A DNA stretch of 64,000 nucleotides from Hormiphora californensis. Taxonomy: Eukaryota > Animalia > Ctenophora. Below, one piece after another: positions 55,901-64,000 of the stretch; position 1 is the first letter of the stretch; every line of letters starts with the position of its first letter. The notes beneath the pieces were generated by a model. The model was not told the origin of the DNA. It worked only from the letters and a program-made list of their open reading frames with translations, and did no database searches. The stretch lies in NCBI GenBank assembly GCA_020137815.1, contig CM035354.1, forward strand, positions 8,060,001 to 8,124,000. Reading direction: 5' to 3'. Position numbers and translations under genes: made by a program.

Positions 55901-56724
55901 GTGCTACTCTTCTGGTATATCTCCAGTACTGATGCTTCTTTCTGTGCCAACATCTTGCTGTACATGTCCAGGTTCTGTTCGAGTTGTTTCATCTTTCTAA
56001 TGGCATCATCCATAGTAACAAACAGCTGAGTAATCTCGTCCTCAACAGTTATTATAGAGTGGATATTAGCGTTATCCAGCCCAGATAACTCCTGACTTTG
56101 TCCTGTAATAAATTCCTCTGAACTCAGCCAGTTACAGTTAGCACACACCTTATCCAAATCTTCCTCCTCCGCTGTAGTAATGTATTTCCTTTTGTACTCG
56201 TGGGCAATGGCCTCCGACATGTTAACTACTTCCTGCATCCCCTGTAGGGTGTCGGAGAGGTTCACTGTTTCTTCAAGCATTCCAAAGTCGACATTTCTGT
56301 AATCAGGCATGGACTCTTTTGGGAGAAGTTTACACAACTTGTACAGATCCACGAGGAAGGATTTCTTTTTGTTCCAGCTGCTACACTCAAAATGCAGAGC
56401 TTTCTTGTTGTCATTGATAGAGAACACAAAGTCATTTCTGGAAGCATCTCGAGCGAGGAAGTCCACAGTAAAACTTTCGATGAGGGAGAACTTGTGCTTG
56501 ATCCGGAACTCACTCTTGTTTTGGTGGATTATGTACAATGTGTAGTTGTGTTGTGAGCCTACCAAATGTGTGACTATGATATGAAACTTCTTTGGACGAC
56601 CACCTTTACTCGCTTTCCCCTTTTTCATGACATCCACGACGAGTTTCAGCTTCTCATTATCTCCAATAACCGAGGACAAGGCATCCCCTGAGCGACCCTT
56701 GGTTGTGTGCCGGGATGTCATCAT
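52954..56724 (-). CDS. EXOC1: Exocyst complex component 1 (Sec3); two apparent frameshifts near 55610 and 55495
   Basis: N-terminal PH-like region; ELSGLDNANIHSII; KKNFDQFIASQV.QIKETRVNKSKSCGIL; VVMFENYHHI; RPEEVGFNMSYSK; IDKHLSKEE..LMELCYPGS. Confidence 0.9.
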
Positions 56725-57091
56725 CCTAGAGTTAAATTAGAGCTGTACAAGGGGCAAAACGGGGCTCGAAGGAGAAGAAAAAGTAAAAACGTCTTTTGAA
56801 AAAGTTTTTGATTTTGTGAGCTGTCTCGAAAATTTTCGTCAGGTTCGCGCGGCGCGGCTTAGCATCGCAATACGAATTTTCAAAATGTTTTGCGCGCCGC
56901 TAACCATCGAAGTTTAAAAAAGTCGCGTTGGATGACACAGTACCCTCTTCATAAATGTGTTGGACACACGTCACTCCCTTCTTTCCTTTTTGATAGCTGT
57001 TTGTAAACAAGATACAGCAACTTTTGTTTGCTGTCTTTCGTTATATATTTTGATTGATACGTTTCACTGAATTCTCTATTACACCGACATC

Positions 57092-59048
57092 ATGGGCTGT
57101 AAGTTGCAATTATTTGGACTGTTTTTGAACTGCATTTGAAAACTTTAAAACCTTATTTATATTTAGTTTTTGGGCTGGAATAGCATTTAGAAAGCTGATA
57201 CTAATATTTGTTGTTTTTCAGTTAAAATATTGGAATACATGCAGCCCTTCTGCTCCTTCCTTCCGGAGGTCTCTAAACCAGAGCGAAAGGTAACATCTAC
57301 AGATTGTGTTTTCTTTTATCTTTCTTGGTTTGTTATCTCGGAGTTATCTGAGACTTATCTTTTCTCATCTATTTTGCCTGTTTCTTCTTTTTCCTCAGAC
57401 TGGCAACAATAAAACTTCTCCAAAGTTTCTGCACATCATCTACATATAATTCTACGTGGCAATTTGCACACTTTTATACTTTTTCAAAAACGAAAGCTAA
57501 ACTTCACTTTCTTCAATTTCATTCTTTCTGTCATCAGCTATCCTTCTACCATCTTGTCTATCGTTGTATGTTATCATATCAGCTAGAAGTTGTTCCTAAC
57601 CACTCCCCCTCCCCTCCCACAGATTCAGTTTAGAGAGAAGGTGCTATGGACGGCCATTACCCTATTCATCTTCCTGGTGTGTTGTCAGATCCCCCTTTTC
57701 GGAATTATGTCCAGTGAATCTGCTGATCCGTTCTACTGGATGCGAGTTATCATGGCCTCTAACAGGGGAACACTGATGGAACTGGGTATTACCCCCATCG
57801 TTACATCTGGTCTGATCATGCAGCTCCTTGCCGGTACCAAGATTATTGAAGTTGGTGATTCTGTCAAGGATAGGGCCCTCTTCAATGGTGCCCAGAAATG
57901 TAAGAAACATTCATAATAGACAAGATTTACCATACATTATATCTGGACCAGTGGTCCCCAATAATATTTATCCATATCTAACCCCTCTCCTCTCCCCTCC
58001 CAGTGTTCGGTATGCTGATCACGGTATGTCAGGCTATTGTCTACGTAGTTACTGGTATGTACGGTGAACCTGCCGACCTTGGAATGGGAATCTGTCTTCT
58101 GATTATCATCCAGCTGCTCTGTTCCGGACTCATTGTTCTTCTGTTGGACGAACTTCTCCAGAAGGGATACGGTCTTGGATCTGGGTGAGTGGGGAGGAAG
58201 ATAATACTAAACACATCTGGGAAGGGATGTTTGTTGTTTCCAATATATTCGTTTGTTTTTTGTTCCACAACTTTGTTCCACAACTAACCCCCCCCCCTCT
58301 CCTCAGTATTTCTCTGTTCATTGCTACCAATATCTGTGAGACCATTGTATGGAAAGCATTCTCCCCCGCCACCATCAACACTGGAAAGGGTACTGAGTTC
58401 GAGGGAGCCGTTATTGCTCTTTTCCATCTCCTCGCCACTAGGACCGACAAAGTCAGGGGACTCAGGGAGGCCTTCTACCGACAGAACCTTCCCAACTTGA
58501 TGAACCTCATGGCCACTGTTGGAGTCTTCCTTATTGTCATCTACTTCCAGGTACGTTTAGTAATCTGTTGTACACGTGTTAGTTTTAGGGTGTTACACCA
58601 AGGATGTTCGTTGCAGGAAGCTGCTAGATACGTGTATTGATTTCACGTGTTATGACGTCACATAAAGTTAAGCTCTCCGTCTTAAGTTACACGTGTAAAC
58701 TACTGCACGTTGCACATCATGACCTCACCACTATTGTATTGTTACCCATTGTTACTAACAACTGCACATGTCTAACTGGTGTTATGTTCCATATCTAGTA
58801 ATTGGGGGAACCTCAATTCACGTCATTTTAGTTGGGCCATGTGGTTGTTTAAAAACACACAGCTACACACCTTGGAGCATTGTTTACACATCATGCGGTA
58901 TCTTCACACTCACAAAGGGGTTTACATTGTTACAGAGAGTTAACACATCCCCCTCCTACCACAGCTACCCTCGCATTGTAACACAGCTGCTGCTGCTGTG
59001 TAACTCCACTAAGTTGTTGTAACACTACTGACACTTTCACACGTGTTA

Positions 59049-59129
<81 letters not shown>

Positions 59130-60915
59130 GTCTACGTGTTGTTTATCTAAGACAGCGTAGCAGAGAGAGAGGAGGGAGAGAGAGAAGGGGAGAAGGAGAG
59201 AGGAATTCATCCACGTGTTAACACGACAAAGAATGGGAAAATGAGATGGAGAGACGGAGAGAGAGATCAGTAACATAGAGAGAGATAAACAGAGAGAGAG
59301 GAATGGAGATAATAAATGGAGAGAGACTGGAAGAAGACAAAAGGAAATAGTAGTCGCATTAGATATCCAATAGTGTGCAACATGAGAGGGCTAGTTACAC
59401 GCTCCATATTACAATACCCCCCCCCCCCCCCCCCCCAACCATTAATACACACCGTCCCACTACACCTCACTTTTCATGTCTTCTTATCAAACATGAATAT
59501 AGTCTCAACCATTCTTCATCGTTATGGGAAATAATAGTCGGGGAAATAATAGTCTCACCTTTTATATTTATATCAGCACCCCCCCCCCCCCTCAATATAC
59601 ACGTGTTATAGACGTAGTAATACTGAGAACCCATATACACACCACCCCTTGAACACACTGTATATGAGTTTCCTAGCCGTGTTTATAAATATATGCAGAC
59701 ACCCCCATTTTATACCACCTCTCTCTCTTAAGGGATTCCGTGTGGATCTACCCATCAAGTCTGCCAGGTATCGAGGCCAGTACTCCAGCTACCCCATCAA
59801 GTTGTTCTATACTTCCAACATCCCCATTATTCTGCAGTCTGCCCTCGTCTCCAACATCTACTTCATCTCTCAGGTATGTGTCACGTGAGACCTTCATTGT
59901 TATGAACACTCAAAACTCAAATATTGTGATTTTGGGTGGCGGGTAACTTGTGGTGCCATGTTTTCCCAATGTTTTGCTAACACTGTATACCTATTTTCAG
60001 ATTCTCTCCTCCAAGTTCGCTGGCAATATCTTCGTTAGCATGATCGGCACGTGGGCTGTAAGTAAAATTGAGAGTGGGGCTTGTATGATGACGTGCAGCT
60101 ACAACTAGCTGGAGCGTTTGCTCCCGTGCTAGTCGCAGCCGCGTTCCATTCACAAAATCAAAATACCCCATTTCAGCATTTGCTGGTGCGCGCACACTGC
60201 CGCGCGCTCACTTGCTGAGCTGTCGCAAGGTGGTTGCAGCAGCAGATGCAGCAAGTTGCCACCTGACTGAATGTGTTGTTTTTACAGGAGAGTGGATACC
60301 ACAAATACCCGATTGGTGGACTCTGTTACTACCTCTCTCCACCCGAGACGATAGGTCATATTATCTCTGATCCTATTCACGCCATTATCTACATCATTTT
60401 CATGCTCGGCTCATGTGCTTTCCTCTCCAAGACGTGGATCGATGTGAGCGGATCTTCTGCCAAGGTAAGATACAATCACCAACCCTCTACTTCCTGCTAT
60501 CTTGCTCTAAAACACTTCGTCCCTAACCACCCCTTCCCCCTCCAGGATGTTGCCAGGCAGCTCCGTGACCAGCAGATGTTGATGAGGGGTCACCGTGAGA
60601 AGAGCATGGTTCACGAACTCAACCGATACATCCCAACTGCCGCTGCCTTCGGTGGTCTCTGTATTGGAGCTCTCTCCGTTCTGGCTGATTTCCTTGGTAA
60701 GTTAAATCTACCGAGTGTTTTCCACTGTCTCTTTCACCAGTCACCAAACAAGTCTTTAGCCTAATTACTCATCCCATCTAACAATCCCAACTTTTCCAGG
60801 TGCCATTGGATCGGGAACTGGAATTCTGCTCGCTGTCACCATTATCTATCAGTACTTTGAGATCTTCGTGAAGGAGCAAAGTGAAATGGGTGGTATGAGT
60901 ACCATCTTCTTCTAG
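57092..60915 (+). CDS. SEC61A1: Sec61 translocon alpha subunit, ~10 exons
   Basis: Near-invariant sequence: [38 protein letters not shown]; [38 protein letters not shown]; [27 protein letters not shown]. Head-to-head with EXOC1, ~370 bp between starts. Confidence 0.98.
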
Positions 60916-61302
60916 ACCACCACTCACAAACCACATCAACGACAACAACACAGCCCCGCAGCCGCCCCCTTATACCGCCGTGTGTCTTCTACAGCCGCAA
61001 CCCTGTCATCTAGGAAGTTGTTTTAAGTTAAAAGTTTTTAAATTTGCATATTCCTCGAGGGTTTTATTAAGGTTCCGCTTGATAGAAAAGAGACACAGAA
61101 ACAGCTTTATGTGTTGTACAAATAGAAGAGCATTTTTATTTGTTGTAGATTGGCCGCGTGAGATTGAGAGATACACATGAGGGATCGACTGATAAATGAG
61201 AGATATTGAGAGTGAGAGAATTTCCGTTGTTACGTATTAATTATATCAAACAATTATACGTTTTAAAATTAAAACCCATTATATAATTGTTTGCGATGGT
61301 AA

Positions 61303-63209
61303 CTATCCAATTAATCCGCCATTCATATGTGATGCATGGCAACTGTTTAGGTCATTCTCTCCATCGCAGGTGTGATCACGTCGGTTCAGATGGAATAGTA
61401 GGTAGTTGTAATCCCAGATTCGTGGTACCCAATCGTCCTGATGTGCGTCATTGAAACTGTTATGGGCCTCACTCTTCACGCAGTACCCGTGCTTAGCTGG
61501 GCTAGCATCTGTCCTTATGATCTCAATCGTAGACGTCTCAGAGTCTCTCTTATGATTTCCTTCCGCTTCAGCCACACGCTTCTTGATAAGCGTGTTGATT
61601 GCAAGTGGAAGTCTGAGATGGGGATATCCTATTTTGTCTGGATGGTTACTCTTGTTCGAAGGAGGCCAGAGTGGGTTTAACCCTTCCGTTTGGCCACTGT
61701 CTGTCTGGGTTCCTGACGACACTGCTTCATAGTATTGGACTGATGGTACCTGTGATGAAGTGGGGTTAGGAAAGTCTGAAAATTATGACACTTTTGGGAC
61801 CCCTTGTTTGAGTTCTTACATTGTCATCAACAGTTAGTTCTGCTCGCTTGAGCTTCATGTGGCGGTTTGCAATCACATCTGTGATCTTGGATGTCAGTTT
61901 ATCGCCCCTTGTCTTATCCTAGAAACAAGATGTGTTAGCTGAAGGAGTTTGTCAAGAAATTGAAGTTTTTTGTTTACCCACCAGTCCAGGAAGAACGGCC
62001 AGACTGCAAGACACCTCGCTAGTACTTGTGGCCTGAGAGACAGCCCTTAGCATTGCTGATTTAGAGCGGCGTGTTGGCTGTGCTGGTTTGGCAGCTTGGG
62101 TTGGTGTTGTGGATCTCGGTCGGGCTGTCTGGGTTCTCTTCTGTTTGGCCGATTTGTGATGCTCCTTGCTGGCGGTGGAGTGGATCTGTTTGTAGTAAGA
62201 TTTCAGTAACTTGTTGTAGGTGTCTAACTGGGACTCTGAAAAAGGGGACGAAGTTTACAAAACTGTTTCACACCCTGGTTTGGAAATTTTTTTCCCTAGT
62301 ATAGATCTTACTCGTTGCTTTGGCGAATGGTGTTTTTGGAGTTTCAGCCCCTCCGACGGGGAGAGACTGATACAAGTAAGCAGTCCCGTGTTGCTGGTAG
62401 TCACTCTCCATTGTGGATCTCCCAGTGGGTGCCTCTAGCCGGGTGGCATACTCCAAACACGCTTGGGTGTGCGGCTGATGCTTCTGCAGTAGAGAGAGAG
62501 AGATACACAGTTAGAGTAACCTACTATTAGTTCAGAATCTGGGCCCTGAATCTGCAATATGAAAATTGAAAATTCAACTTACCGCCCCATAGGTTTGCCA
62601 TCGATGGTTTAGGGCCCGCTGTTGAGTGGCCGAGCTATTGAAGGTTTGATCCAAGCTGTTTTGTACACAGTTTCCCATCACTTCCCTGTCTACAATGGTC
62701 ATAAAGTCGAGGGAAGCTCCCTTGCCCGCCGTCTCTGCCTGCCCTTCAAGAAGGTTGCTGAAACATTGGAAGTTAGTTGCTTGCCCTTTTTTCGATCTCC
62801 GTGTCGTTAATAAGCGACTGTTTTGTACTTACATTGGCTCGGCTAGGGCACCAAAATGCCGATGGCCCTTGAGTGACATGGGTGGTAGTTTGGCACTGTA
62901 CATTTCTTGTTTCATCTCACTACGGTTCTGATAGTTTGCTCCCCTCACCGGTACCTCATACACCGCTGTACCCCAAGTTCCCCTGTGGTTCTCCCACGCA
63001 TATTTCTTCCTAGTGGAGTATGGAGGTTATCATTGTGTCGGTTTTGGTTTAGAAAGGGTATTTGTATTGAAATTGGACACGGAGCTGTTTTACCTTTCTT
63101 GGCAATCCGCCCGGCGGGTATAGTTGGGTACCCTGGACATGGCATTGCTCGACCGGAACGTCCTGCTGTTGTAGGGTTGCTTCACGACGAGGGAGCTGGT
63201 AGTCTCCAT
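61303..63209 (-). CDS. Uncharacterised 7-exon protein (roughly 450-500 aa, hydrophilic and basic)
   Basis: Starts METTSSLVVKQPYNSRTF. Exons ~63094-63209, 62833-63009, 62583-62757, 62312-62484, 61982-62224, 61820-61918, 61303-61749 have canonical GT-AG sites and an open reading frame throughout. Confidence 0.75.
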
Positions 63210-63528
63210 CGTAAAATCTTGAGTAGTTAAAATCCCGTTTTGTTGATGGAGCGTCAAACGGGGAAGGTCAAAATAAAATCACATAAACGGAGCTGCACGT
63301 GCAAAACGGGGTCACTATAAAACCCCTTAGTAACCAGGGGTTACATTGCACCATTCCTGAACAGAGGGACGTGGATTTAATGATCCTGGTTGCGTGTAAA
63401 ATGTACATTTTGGGAGTACATTTTTGGCAGTGTATTGGCACGCGCAAATCCATTGACGCGCGTAGTTTCATGAATCTGTGCGCGCGTTGAATATTCTCAA
63501 CTCGTCCGATGTCCATGTTTTGCGGAGG

Positions 63529-63542
63529 GTTGCTATGGCAGA
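63529..63542. promoter_or_regulatory. X-box-like motif (gttgctatggcaga) in the shared upstream region of the unknown gene and TMEM232
   Basis: Matches 12 of 14 positions of the GTTGCYATGGCAAC X-box; lies just upstream of the TMEM232 5'UTR intron (~63596-63662). Confidence 0.55.
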
Positions 63543-63681
63543 GACCTTAGAAACATGATAGGCCAGCGCGCACTTTCTGCACACCTTGTGGATGTGTGAG
63601 CTACTGCTAAGTCTTTGTTATTAGTCCGTGCTTGCTCTGATTGTCTTCCCACGTTGCTACAGATTTTAGACCTGCCTCAGA

Positions 63682-64000
63682 ATGCCTGTGGACAAGGTGA
63701 AGGTTCAGCACAAGTTCGGGATTATATCTCACAACCACCGGCAAAACTTGTTGGATCGAATTTCGGTACCTCCATCACCAGTGGGTTTCACAAAACGGCA
63801 ACTTCCATGTGAGATTACCCACGAATTCATCGACTCGTATAACAACTCCCACCCACTTGATCGGAAGCAGTTAGATGTTTTGGCATCACAGTTGTTACTC
63901 CGTGTGAAACGGCGCTCTGGACTATTGAGCGGTGGTATCGGCAAGCACGTTCACATTCCCCGGTCCTGGGTCGAGTTAACTCTTCTCGCTAGATGCCAAG
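63682..64000 (+). CDS. TMEM232: TMEM232-like protein, 5' part (runs off the window; absent from the ORF track)
   Basis: MPVDKVKVQHKFGIISHNH..CEITHEFIDSYN..LDVLASQLLLRVKRRSGLLSGGIGKHVHIPRSWVELTLLARCQ resembles the TMEM232 N-terminus as I recall it (ITKEFILRFN..ARKIILRCKRKLGL..GRHVHLPAAWTEV..LAQC). Confidence 0.8.
   Translation, partial: MPVDKVKVQHKFGIISHNHRQNLLDRISVPPSPVGFTKRQLPCEITHEFIDSYNNSHPLDRKQLDVLASQLLLRVKRRSGLLSGGIGKHVHIPRSWVELTLLARCQ

Noticed and set aside
58560-59230. Cluster of ACACGTGT/E-box-like words in a SEC61A intron (similar at 11680-12160)
   Set aside because: Short motifs with no background model; cannot support a regulatory call.

Overview
Gene-dense eukaryotic (animal) genomic DNA with short GT-AG introns, many (GA)n/(CT)n microsatellites, one 100-N gap with low-quality flanks, and an error-rich left end. 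The overall style (compact genes, a nested gene, very abundant X-box palindromes) would fit a ctenophore-like invertebrate, but that is inference only. I reconstructed the genes by hand, so exon edges are approximate. In order: degraded SNX27-like (+), MTHFSD (+), SMAP-type ArfGAP (+), Na+/Ca2+ exchanger (-), small myristoylated SH3 protein (-), TRIM-NHL E3 ligase (+) hosting an antisense BTB-Kelch gene in one intron, orphan class A GPCR (+), KXD1 with a ~690-aa N-terminal extension (-), NRAMP (-), EXOC1/Sec3 (-), SEC61A (+), an unknown 7-exon gene (-), and the 5' end of TMEM232 (+). Main leads: (1) two tightly packed same-strand gene trains in which a splice acceptor lies 1-6 nt before the ATG, suggesting operon-like trans-splicing or shared 5' exons; (2) the giant KXD1 with FFAT-like and LYPx(L/I)-like motifs; (3) the nested E3-ligase pair in a dense RFX X-box field; (4) an NCX whose Ca2+-binding domains look remodelled; (5) a candidate new ciliary gene head-to-head with TMEM232.
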